NCBI GenBank assembly: GCA_944323055.1
Contig: CALUQZ010000005.1
Coordinates: 2,568-66,567, forward strand
Source: an uncultured Acholeplasmatales bacterium
GTDB lineage: Bacteria; Bacillota_I; Bacilli_A; Acholeplasmatales; Anaeroplasmataceae
Direction: 5' to 3'
Length of the DNA stretch: 64,000 nt
The first letter of the stretch is position 1. Each line of letters opens with the position of its first letter. The notes below the pieces were generated by a model. It was given only the letters and a program-made list of their open reading frames with translations, was not told the origin of the DNA and did not search any database. Below, piece by piece: positions 38,816 through 47,534 of this stretch. The position numbers and the translations under genes are program-made.

Positions 38816-40347
38816 TATTTGCCCTCCTTCATATCAGCAAGTGTTAGTTTAGCTGCAAGATCGCCAGATAAATAACTAGAGTTATAACCGCTAGAACGAA
38901 CACTTGAACCACCACAAAATTTTAAACCTGGCAAGTAATTTTCATCATACATACGCATAAGACGTGGTAACATATTATCTAAATCAGCTGTAAAATAGCC
39001 GTATATAGCTCCATCAGGAGCATCTGTATAATGAGCAAATGTAAGTGGCGTTGCTACCTCTATTTCCTCAATATATGGTTTAATAGTCGTATTAGTAGCT
39101 TTTTCAAAAGTTTCAATAAAGCCTAAAGCTAAATCATCTTTCAATTCAAAATAATTAGATTCAGTAACTTCTTTAGAAAAACAATCACTAAAATATAAAG
39201 ATGTAAAATATAAAATAGTCGTACCCTTAGGTGAACAATCTGGTAAAGCGTTATTTAAACATACTACAACTTGAGAATAATTATCTAAAGATTTCATATT
39301 TTCATATTCCTTATTTGAATCAAGTGTATTATATATAAAATAACTATAATTATCTAAACCTAGTTCTTCTTTTGATTTATTTAAGCCTAAATATATCGCA
39401 AAACCACGACCTGATAATTCTCTACTATTAGCTAATTTTAAGGCATTAGTAGGGATTTTATCTTTGTCTATCATCTTAGCATAAACCATATTAGGATTAG
39501 CGTTACAAATGACATAATTACATTTAATTTTAAGGTTATTATCTAATAAAACGCCAATAACATGATTATTTTCTACTAATATTTTTTTTGCTTCTCTGCC
39601 ATAAAAAATATCGCCACCACTTTTAGTAAACTCTTCTGCTAATACTAAACTCATTTCATTACTTCTATTTACAGGAATTTGAGCATGTAATGAAATATAT
39701 AAATATGTCATAATACAATAATGGACAAAAGACAACTTACCACTAGGTGCGCCAAGATATGACCAATAAGTAGTAAGTATTCTTTGAGCTTTTAATGGCA
39801 TTTTAATAGCATCTAATACTTTATCAATGTTATAACTAGCAACTCGCATAAAATTAGGATAATTTTTCATTAACACTTTAGTATCCGGATGGCCTTTAGA
39901 ATCATTTAAATATTTTAAAGCATCTTTAATCTCTTTACCAAGTTCAAAAAATATAGTCATAGATTCTTTACTATTAGGAACATATTCTTCCATTTTATTT
40001 ATAAAATTATCAATACCAAATGGCATGATATAACTTGTATTATCTTCTAAAGATATAACTTTAAAAGCTTCCTTTACATCAACAAATTTAATTTTATCAA
40101 TTACCCCAAGTTCAGTAAATAAAGTATAAAGATTACCATGATTTTTAGCATTACCAAAATCGCAAAGCTCATGCAAAGCCGCCTCAAATTCAAACCTGCC
40201 TCGACTAAAACTAGTTGCAAAACCACCAGGTACAATATTTCTTTCTACTAATAACGTTTTTTTACCAGCTTTAGCCAATTTTAATGCAGCAACTAAACCA
40301 CCATTGCCAGCACCTATAACAACAACATCATATTTAATTTCTCTCAT
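38815..40347 (-). CDS. NAD(P)/FAD-dependent oxidoreductase of the phytoene desaturase (CrtI, COG1233) family
   Basis: 510 aa. N-terminal dinucleotide fold DVVVIGAGNGGLVAALKLAKAGKKTLLVERN. C-terminal GGSSVRSSGYNSSYLSG is typical of this family. Confidence 0.75.
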   Translation of the reverse strand: MREIKYDVVVIGAGNGGLVAALKLAKAGKKTLLVERNIVPGGFATSFSRGRFEFEAALHELCDFGNAKNHGNLYTLFTELGVIDKIKFVDVKEAFKVISLEDNTSYIMPFGIDNFINKMEEYVPNSKESMTIFFELGKEIKDALKYLNDSKGHPDTKVLMKNYPNFMRVASYNIDKVLDAIKMPLKAQRILTTYWSYLGAPSGKLSFVHYCIMTYLYISLHAQIPVNRSNEMSLVLAEEFTKSGGDIFYGREAKKILVENNHVIGVLLDNNLKIKCNYVICNANPNMVYAKMIDKDKIPTNALKLANSRELSGRGFAIYLGLNKSKEELGLDNYSYFIYNTLDSNKEYENMKSLDNYSQVVVCLNNALPDCSPKGTTILYFTSLYFSDCFSKEVTESNYFELKDDLALGFIETFEKATNTTIKPYIEEIEVATPLTFAHYTDAPDGAIYGYFTADLDNMLPRLMRMYDENYLPGLKFCGGSSVRSSGYNSSYLSGDLAAKLTLADMKEGK

Positions 40348-40439
40348 TCACTTTTTCTCCTTATTTATTAAATGATAGCACTTTTATTAATGAAATTAAA
40401 TATATAAATTTAATTATGTCAATAAATTCATATTATTAT

Positions 40440-42348
40440 GTTACAGTTCAGTCGAAAAAAAGACAAGCGTAAAATAGAGTGAGCTTATTCACCCTGTTTT
40501 ACGCTATTATTTTTATATTAGAGTTGGTTTACCTGAAACTAGTAGTTTAATTTTATCAAATACATTAGCTTTTTGTTTCTTTAACGTTAATATTACACTT
40601 CTGATATTAGCATAATTATTAGCTCCACCTTCACTTCTAAATTTGCCAATTCTTTGTTTAACCTTTAATCCTCGTTGATCAACTTCAGCTTGGTTATTAG
40701 TAGAAGGAACTTTAAAGTCTTTGATAAAATATAATATTTCTTCTTTATGTTTACCCTTCATTCTATCTAATAGGTTTATTTCATTGTCGTAATATTTACT
40801 TTTATTTGACTGCATTTCTTCATTTAGAGCCTTTTGCCAATTATCTAATAATTTGTCATATTGTTCATATATTTCTTTAATGCGACAATCATTATTATTA
40901 TGTATTAATTGGTCTCTTTCCTTATTTATTGACCCTAAATAGTCCATTAATGTTTTAGCTTCAGGACGATTATTTAATTCATATACTCCCTTCAGATACC
41001 TTAATATATGCGACAAACACTGACTAGCTTTACTACCATAATTACTATATAGCGATGCACCATCTTTTATAGTTATACCATTAAAACCAGGTAATATTCC
41101 TATTTCAGCAATGGCTTCAGCACTTTTATGCTTATTTATTGCTAAATATGTATAATCTTTGTTACTACATACTATTTGATTATATCTTTCACCATCAATT
41201 TTAATTTGGGAATCATCGTTGTTAGTATAATAACTCTTCATTAACTTGGCTTTAATAATTTCTAAATCAGTTGTTGCATTTTTAGATAATTCATTTGTCC
41301 AATTAACGATAGTTCCTTTAGATAAATTGATTTTACCATTAGATATGTTACTAATGAATTTAACTACACCATCTGTTGATATATAATTATCAAATTGTAA
41401 TAAAGCTGATATACTTTTAATGTTTTGTCCATAAGTAACAGGATTAAGATTTTTTTGGCAACTATAGTCTCTAAATTCTTTAATTACTAATTTTATTTCT
41501 AAATCTATTTCATATCTAGAGACATACTTTGTACTATCTTTAGTTTTATTCTCTTCAATTATTTTATGTTCAAAAGCTCCTGAGTCAATCATTTTCTTTA
41601 CTTGTTTTATTTTAAGGACGTGCCCTTCGTGTGCTACTTGACCACCTTTTTTCTTATCAGATTTTTCTCGTCTGTTAGTTATAACTTTTTTATATCCATT
41701 AGAACTTGATGGTTTATTTGAGTTATTAGAATCTTTATTTATTTGTTGTTGTAATTTATCGACAACTTTAACTAATTGTTCTATGGTAGCATTTAAACTT
41801 AATATAAGATCATCTTTGTTTTTATTCTCCTCGGCTAAAGCCTTTATTTGTGAAGTCATGATTTCAAGTTGTTTTTGGCTTTTTTCGTAAAATTTTTTTA
41901 AATCATTAAAATGAATATTTAGGTCATCATATTTTTCTAATAATTCTTCATGCTTAGTTAATAATTTACCATAATCTTTATCGTATTGTCTTTGATAATT
42001 TGAAGCCATAATTTCACCTAATTTCTTATTTCTAAACTAATTGTATCAGCTGACTAAAAAATAATCAATCTAGTAAAAGTAGTCAAAAATTAGGTTTAAA
42101 AATAGTCTATTTTTATTAATTTTAAGTCAAAAAATTAATTTTTTCAAAAGTTATCCACCGCGTAACTTTAATTAGCGTTTAAAATGAACTAAAATCATAT
42201 AAAAATAGGAAAAATAGAAAGTTATCCACCTCAAATCGAGAGGCCAAAATTAGAAAAAAAGCTAAAAAAAAGTCTAAGAAAATGCTTTCATTTAATTAGA
42301 CTTGTTTTAAAATGTATTTGATTTCTTTATTTATGACTGAACTGTAAC
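40440..42348 (-). mobile_element. Intact IS66-family insertion sequence (single-ORF type), 1909 bp
   Basis: Perfect 14-bp terminal inverted repeats: GTTACAGTTCAGTC (40440-40453) and GACTGAACTGTAAC (42335-42348). Flanked directly by the 8-bp direct repeat ATTATTAT (40432-40439 and 42349-42356). Confidence 0.8.
40513..42009 (-). CDS. IS66 family transposase
   Basis: 498 aa. N-terminal coiled coil, KKGGQVAHEGHVLK, YGQNIKS...LSKGTIVNW and QCLSHILRYL all follow the IS66 TnpC pattern as I recall it. Confidence 0.7.
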   Translation of the reverse strand: MASNYQRQYDKDYGKLLTKHEELLEKYDDLNIHFNDLKKFYEKSQKQLEIMTSQIKALAEENKNKDDLILSLNATIEQLVKVVDKLQQQINKDSNNSNKPSSSNGYKKVITNRREKSDKKKGGQVAHEGHVLKIKQVKKMIDSGAFEHKIIEENKTKDSTKYVSRYEIDLEIKLVIKEFRDYSCQKNLNPVTYGQNIKSISALLQFDNYISTDGVVKFISNISNGKINLSKGTIVNWTNELSKNATTDLEIIKAKLMKSYYTNNDDSQIKIDGERYNQIVCSNKDYTYLAINKHKSAEAIAEIGILPGFNGITIKDGASLYSNYGSKASQCLSHILRYLKGVYELNNRPEAKTLMDYLGSINKERDQLIHNNNDCRIKEIYEQYDKLLDNWQKALNEEMQSNKSKYYDNEINLLDRMKGKHKEEILYFIKDFKVPSTNNQAEVDQRGLKVKQRIGKFRSEGGANNYANIRSVILTLKKQKANVFDKIKLLVSGKPTLI

Positions 42349-42364
42349 ATTATTATAAAGTTTT

Positions 42365-42405
42365 AAAAAAGACCAGATTTCAAGCATTAGCTTTGAATTC
42401 TGGTC
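42365..42405 (-). terminator. Rho-independent terminator of gpmI
   Basis: Minus strand GACCAGAATTCAAAGC-loop-GCTTGAAATCTGGTC followed by TTTTTT, about 20 nt after the gpmI stop. The IS66 target site lies 9 nt beyond it. Confidence 0.7.
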
Positions 42406-42425
42406 TCGTATTAAACACTAATCTT

Positions 42426-43952
42426 TTATTCTTTAACAATAATTGAAGATGAAGTCATTTCTTCTGGTACTTTTAAATCTAATAATTCTAAAATAGTTGG
42501 AGCTAAATCTGATAAGATACCATTTTTAATCTTAATATCCTTATCAGTAATAACAACTGGAACTAAATTAGTAGTATGAGCTGTATAAGGCTTACCAGCT
42601 TCATCTAATAACTTTTCAGCATTACCATGATCAGCAGTAATAATTGCTACACCACCTACTTCATCTAAGGCATTAACAACTTTACCTACACATTCATCAA
42701 CTGTTTCTACTGCTTTTATTGCGGCTGGAATCACACCTGTATGACCTACCATATCACAGTTAGCATAATTTAAAATTATTAAATCATATTTTAAAGATTT
42801 AATAGCATCTATTACTTTATCTGTAACTTCATAAGCTGACATTTCTGGTTTTAAATCATAAGTAGCTACTTTTGGAGAATCAACTAATATTCTATCTTCT
42901 CCTTCAAACACTTTATCTTCTCCTCCATCAAAGAAGAAAGTAACGTGTGCATATTTTTCTGTTTCAGCAATTCTTAATTGTTTTAATCCAGCTTTTGATA
43001 CTACTTCACCTAAAATATTATTTAATTCTTGAAGACCAAAAGCTAATTTACCTTTAACTTGATCAGCATATTTCATCATACATACATAAGTTAAATTTTT
43101 AGGACCACCAACCGTATTTAAACGATATGGTTTATCAGGATTATATACAATTCCATTAGGATTAGATAAAGCAGTTGATATTTCAATAGCTCTATCAGGT
43201 CTAAAATTAGCAAAAACAACGCTATCCCCATCACCAATCATACCTGTTTGATCAACAATAAAAGGTTCAACAAACTCATCAGTTACCCCATGAGCATAAG
43301 AATCCTCTAAAGCTTTAAAAGGATCATCATAATGTGGGCCAATATTTCTAACCATGGCATTATAAGCTTTTTCTACTCTATCGTAATTTTTATCTCTATC
43401 CATACCATAATATCTACCACCAACAGTAGCTAATCTTACTTTACCATCATTAATTACTTTAATTAAATAAGTTTGTGCAGATGTAGGTGGTACATCTCTA
43501 CCATCTAAAAAGGCATGATAATAGACATCCTTAACTCCTCTTTTATGAGCTAAATTAGCAATGGCTATAATATGTGACGTATGTGAATGAACGCCACCAT
43601 CTGAACATAAGCCTAAAATATGAAATTTCTTACCTGTATTTAACGCATTATCAATTGCTTCATTAATAGCTTCATTACGTTCAAATTCACCAGTCTTAAT
43701 AGCATTATTAATTCTAGATAAACTTTGCCATACAATTCGACCAGCTCCAATATTCATATGTCCTACTTCTGAATTACCCATTTGTCCTTCAGGTAAACCT
43801 ACTGCTTCTCCTGAAGCTTCTAAAGTAGCCTGACAATATTCACTAAATATACGATCTAAATTTGGTTTATTTGCCATACTAACAGCATTACCTTCACTCG
43901 GATTAGCTAAACCATAACCATCCATAATTATTAACATAACCGGTTTTTTCAT
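42426..43952 (-). CDS. gpmI: 2,3-bisphosphoglycerate-independent phosphoglycerate mutase
   Basis: 508 aa with motifs LIIMDGYG, NSEVGHMNIGAGR and ADHGNAE. Confidence 0.95.
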   Translation of the reverse strand: MKKPVMLIIMDGYGLANPSEGNAVSMANKPNLDRIFSEYCQATLEASGEAVGLPEGQMGNSEVGHMNIGAGRIVWQSLSRINNAIKTGEFERNEAINEAIDNALNTGKKFHILGLCSDGGVHSHTSHIIAIANLAHKRGVKDVYYHAFLDGRDVPPTSAQTYLIKVINDGKVRLATVGGRYYGMDRDKNYDRVEKAYNAMVRNIGPHYDDPFKALEDSYAHGVTDEFVEPFIVDQTGMIGDGDSVVFANFRPDRAIEISTALSNPNGIVYNPDKPYRLNTVGGPKNLTYVCMMKYADQVKGKLAFGLQELNNILGEVVSKAGLKQLRIAETEKYAHVTFFFDGGEDKVFEGEDRILVDSPKVATYDLKPEMSAYEVTDKVIDAIKSLKYDLIILNYANCDMVGHTGVIPAAIKAVETVDECVGKVVNALDEVGGVAIITADHGNAEKLLDEAGKPYTAHTTNLVPVVITDKDIKIKNGILSDLAPTILELLDLKVPEEMTSSSIIVKE

Positions 43953-43988
43953 AAATTTTTACACCTCTTTTTTATTTTACAACTTTTT

Positions 43989-44819
43989 TTAATTAGATTC
44001 TACTAATTTATACTTCTTTAAATAATAAAAATTCATCACAGTTCTTCTAAAACACCACTTAATTTCAGCAGTAGCTTGTTCAGGATAATTATTACCCCAA
44101 TTAAGCTTTACATCCCACAAACCATTATTATTAATAGTTAATACTAAATTATTTAAAGCTCGCTCTAACAATTCTTTATTAACTGCTAAATATTCATTAA
44201 TCTCTACTATATTATTAATATTTAATTCATCTTCATTTAATGTATAATTATGCTTTATATTTCTTTTATCTAAGCCAGCAATTAAAATAGCTAAATCTAT
44301 TTGATTAATTTTATTTATTGTATTTTTAATTTTTTGATATTTTTCAACAGCAAGTTTATTATAAGGTGATTTATTATCTGTCGATAATAAAGTAAGCCCT
44401 ATTACCCCACATGTTAAAGATAAATCTCCTTCATTAACATAATTAAAATAACTACTATGTGCATAATTATCATTATCACTAGTTACTTTAATTAATAAAT
44501 CATTAACATATATAGCCTTATGATATAAATATGTTAAGACTCTATTTAACATCAATTGTTTTTGTTTATTATCATTTTTATATAAATAAAGCAATTTCAA
44601 TGCATAATAAGATGTATAGGCTGTCGAATTTAAATTGTAATTATCTATATATAAATTATGTCCGAAACCACCATCTTTATTTTGAAATAAAGATAAGGCA
44701 TCAAGATAAAAAGTGTCATCACCTAAGACATAATTTAAAATAGCTACATCTAAATCTTGGGCTTTATTATAAATTTGATTAATTAAATCATCTTGTAATT
44801 TTAAAGATAATAAATTCAT
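43989..44819 (-). CDS. Hypothetical protein (weak prenyltransferase/terpene-cyclase-like repeat signature QNKDGGFG; function unknown)
   Basis: 276-aa ORF with no strong motif beyond DGGFG. The functional hint is weak. Confidence 0.5.
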   Translation of the reverse strand: MNLLSLKLQDDLINQIYNKAQDLDVAILNYVLGDDTFYLDALSLFQNKDGGFGHNLYIDNYNLNSTAYTSYYALKLLYLYKNDNKQKQLMLNRVLTYLYHKAIYVNDLLIKVTSDNDNYAHSSYFNYVNEGDLSLTCGVIGLTLLSTDNKSPYNKLAVEKYQKIKNTINKINQIDLAILIAGLDKRNIKHNYTLNEDELNINNIVEINEYLAVNKELLERALNNLVLTINNNGLWDVKLNWGNNYPEQATAEIKWCFRRTVMNFYYLKKYKLVESN

Positions 44820-44881
44820 ATAAACCTCTTTTTTATTGCAAATAATTAATAATTTATATATAATTTTTTTAAGGTGATAAA

Positions 44882-45604
44882 ATGATTTCTTCTTTATTTT
44901 ATTATTTAATATTCAAAGATATCTTAAAAGATATTCCTGATAAATACTTTTTAAATATAAAACCTACTGATTATGAATTATTTACCATTAATTTTTATTA
45001 TTATGATAAATATTATCATCTATTTAGTAATAAGCTAAGTATAAGTTTTGAACCATTTAAAAGTAATATATTAAATAACATAAAATACTATATTAAATTA
45101 ATTAAAGATAATAAATATAATAAAGAAGGAATCATATCATTATACGCTTATTTGACATATTTAGTTTTAAATAATTATGATTTAGTTAACATTGAAGATT
45201 ATTATTTTTTAAATCATAAAATAAATAAAAGACAAGAAATAACTAAATTAACTAGTTTTTATTACGATTTTAGAAGACCATATTATTTATTTTATGATTC
45301 AATAACAAGACATATTTTAAAATATCCTGATATAGAAACATTTATAAAAAGGTCTTCTATAAACTGTTATAAATTTAATCGCTTTTTTATAGCTAAAAGT
45401 AATAAATTTACTAATCTAATTTTAAAAATATTAGGTAAAATTTATCATAAAAATTATCTACCTAAAAGAAAATATCAAGATTTAAGTAAGGAATTAGATG
45501 AAATATATCTAAGAACTAAATCTTTAATTAACGCCTCTAATGAAGCTTTATATTATGATAAATTTAGTAATTTAACTAAACTATTAGATATCTACTTCAT
45601 TTAA
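44882..45604 (+). CDS. Hypothetical protein, Tyr/Lys/Asn-rich
   Basis: 240-aa ORF preceded by AAGGTGATAAA-ATG. One of only three plus-strand genes. I recognise no motif. Confidence 0.5.
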   Translation: MISSLFYYLIFKDILKDIPDKYFLNIKPTDYELFTINFYYYDKYYHLFSNKLSISFEPFKSNILNNIKYYIKLIKDNKYNKEGIISLYAYLTYLVLNNYDLVNIEDYYFLNHKINKRQEITKLTSFYYDFRRPYYLFYDSITRHILKYPDIETFIKRSSINCYKFNRFFIAKSNKFTNLILKILGKIYHKNYLPKRKYQDLSKELDEIYLRTKSLINASNEALYYDKFSNLTKLLDIYFI

Positions 45605-46495
45605 ATTAGAATATAGATTGTCTAAATCTAATCTTTCTCTTTCTTCTTTAGTTAAAATACTTATAATAACACTATTTAAATCTATTAAATACCAATTAGT
45701 ATTAATACCTTCTTCTCCTCTTATCTTATAAGGAGTATCTTTAATAAAGTCTTCTAAATATGATTTAACTGCTTCACTTTGTCTAGTTGTATTAACTGTA
45801 GCTAATACAATATAATCATAAAAAGGTGATATATTTCTAGAATCATATATATTAATATCACTAGCTTTAACTTTATTTAAAGATTCTTTTATAATATCTA
45901 ACAATTCCAATTTCATCACTTCCTCGTAATAATTTAACATATCTATTTGATACTGATGAGGGTTTAATCCCTCTTTTTGTATTAATTTAATTGTATCATT
46001 AGTTGATACATAAATAGCTGTATAAAATAATCCTTTTTCTACTAATTGACGACAATATATACAACTTTTATACATTCTAGTAGGTTCAATATAATCACTA
46101 ATTAAGATAATCTCAGCTAATTTTGACATTGGTAATTTACCAAAAGTATGATATTTAATAGAATAAGCTATATCTAAATCAGTACCAATCTCTTTCAAAT
46201 AAAAGGCACTAGCTGCATAAGCATGATATAAAATAGGAGTTTGATCACACTCTTTTATTTCTTCTTCCGTTAATAAGTAAAGAACATCTTCTTTCTTTTC
46301 ATAACGAAAATAATCATGTAGTAAACCGGCTAGATAAGCCTTATCTTCATCTACTTGATATTTAAGAGCTAATTTTTTAGCTGTTTGTGCAACGCCTAAA
46401 ATATGATCTAATCTCTTAGCATGACTAGAATGTTCGTATTTATCTTTTACTAAGCTAAAAACTTGCAAAATACTATCTTTTAAAGACTTTATCAT
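45584..46495 (-). CDS. Fusion protein: YqeK-type HD phosphohydrolase (N-terminal) plus ribosome silencing factor RsfS (C-terminal)
   Basis: N-terminus RLDHILGVAQTAKKLA...AGLLHDYFRY (HD domain, YqeK). C-terminal about 110 aa ...DINIYDSRNISPFYDYIVLATVNTTRQSEAV...EGINTNWYLIDLNSVIISILT (RsfS/iojap). Confidence 0.8.
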   Translation of the reverse strand: MIKSLKDSILQVFSLVKDKYEHSSHAKRLDHILGVAQTAKKLALKYQVDEDKAYLAGLLHDYFRYEKKEDVLYLLTEEEIKECDQTPILYHAYAASAFYLKEIGTDLDIAYSIKYHTFGKLPMSKLAEIILISDYIEPTRMYKSCIYCRQLVEKGLFYTAIYVSTNDTIKLIQKEGLNPHQYQIDMLNYYEEVMKLELLDIIKESLNKVKASDINIYDSRNISPFYDYIVLATVNTTRQSEAVKSYLEDFIKDTPYKIRGEEGINTNWYLIDLNSVIISILTKEERERLDLDNLYSNLNEVDI

Positions 46496-47534
46496 ACATT
46501 TTAACTCCTAAAGTTAACGGATAACTTAATGTAAATTTAACATCACTAACTTCAATAATTAAAAATCCACCAATAAAGATTGTTTTAGGACCAGAAACTA
46601 CTATTTCTTTAAACGGTTGATTTAAGCTTGGATTTATAGTACTACCTACCTTAGCTAAAGTCTTAGTAATATTTTCATTTTTAACTTTAGTTAATTTAAG
46701 TTCATCTGCTTTATAAATGACTAAACTACCTTTAGTTATATTAGTAAAAGACAAATAAACTAAACCACCAATAAAATAAGAATAAGAACCATAAAGTTGA
46801 TAAGTAATAGGTTTAATTTCTTTATTAGGCAAAATAGTATTGTAATATTTCGGATCAATTTGACTAATAATAGCATCACTACTTATTAAACCTGGTGTAT
46901 CAATAAATCCTCTATTATCTAAATAAAAAGGTATATGAATTTCATTTAGTGTCGTACCAGGAATAGCTGAGGTAGCAATTGTATCTTCTTTACTTACATC
47001 ATATTTTTTTAAGATAGCATTGATAAAACTAGATTTACCTACACTAGCTAAACCTAAAATACAGATATCTCTTTCTTTTCGATAATATTTTAAATGTTCT
47101 AATAAATCAGTTAAATAATAACCCTTTTTAGCTGATATTAAATAAATACCAATAACTTTAAAAAAGATTTTTTCACATTCTTTAGCAATAAAATTTAATA
47201 TATTCTCTAAATTTAAAGATTTAGGTAATAAATCTATTTTATTAATAACTAAAATTACATCCTTTCCTCGTAATCTATCTATTATTTCTTTATTAAATGA
47301 GATTGGGAAAGAAAAAATGTCGATTAAATAAACAAATAAATTTTTTTTAGTTAATTCATAATCTATAACTTCTAAAAATTCTTTGTTAGTTGCAAAAACT
47401 TTAGGTGTTTCATTATAATGAAGTAAACGAAAACAACGAACACAATAATCTTTAGTTATATCTTTAACATAACCTTCTCTATTTTCATCTTCATTTTGCA
47501 TTAGAGTTCCACAACCTAAACATTTTTTAATCAT
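46473..47534 (-). CDS. yqeH: Ribosome biogenesis GTPase YqeH
   Basis: N-terminal zinc knuckle CLGCGT...CVRC. Circularly permuted G motifs NKIDLL and GLASVGKSS. Confidence 0.88.
   Translation of the reverse strand: MIKKCLGCGTLMQNEDENREGYVKDITKDYCVRCFRLLHYNETPKVFATNKEFLEVIDYELTKKNLFVYLIDIFSFPISFNKEIIDRLRGKDVILVINKIDLLPKSLNLENILNFIAKECEKIFFKVIGIYLISAKKGYYLTDLLEHLKYYRKERDICILGLASVGKSSFINAILKKYDVSKEDTIATSAIPGTTLNEIHIPFYLDNRGFIDTPGLISSDAIISQIDPKYYNTILPNKEIKPITYQLYGSYSYFIGGLVYLSFTNITKGSLVIYKADELKLTKVKNENITKTLAKVGSTINPSLNQPFKEIVVSGPKTIFIGGFLIIEVSDVKFTLSYPLTLGVKMYDKVFKR

Noticed and set aside
42147-42230. DnaA-box-like repeats as evidence of a replication origin
   Set aside because: There are only two 8/9 matches, both inside an insertion sequence. 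There is no dnaA/dnaN, no AT-rich unwinding element context and no cluster of boxes.
44531-44743. 70-aa plus-strand ORF
   Set aside because: It is antisense within the 276-aa hypothetical gene and has no independent support.
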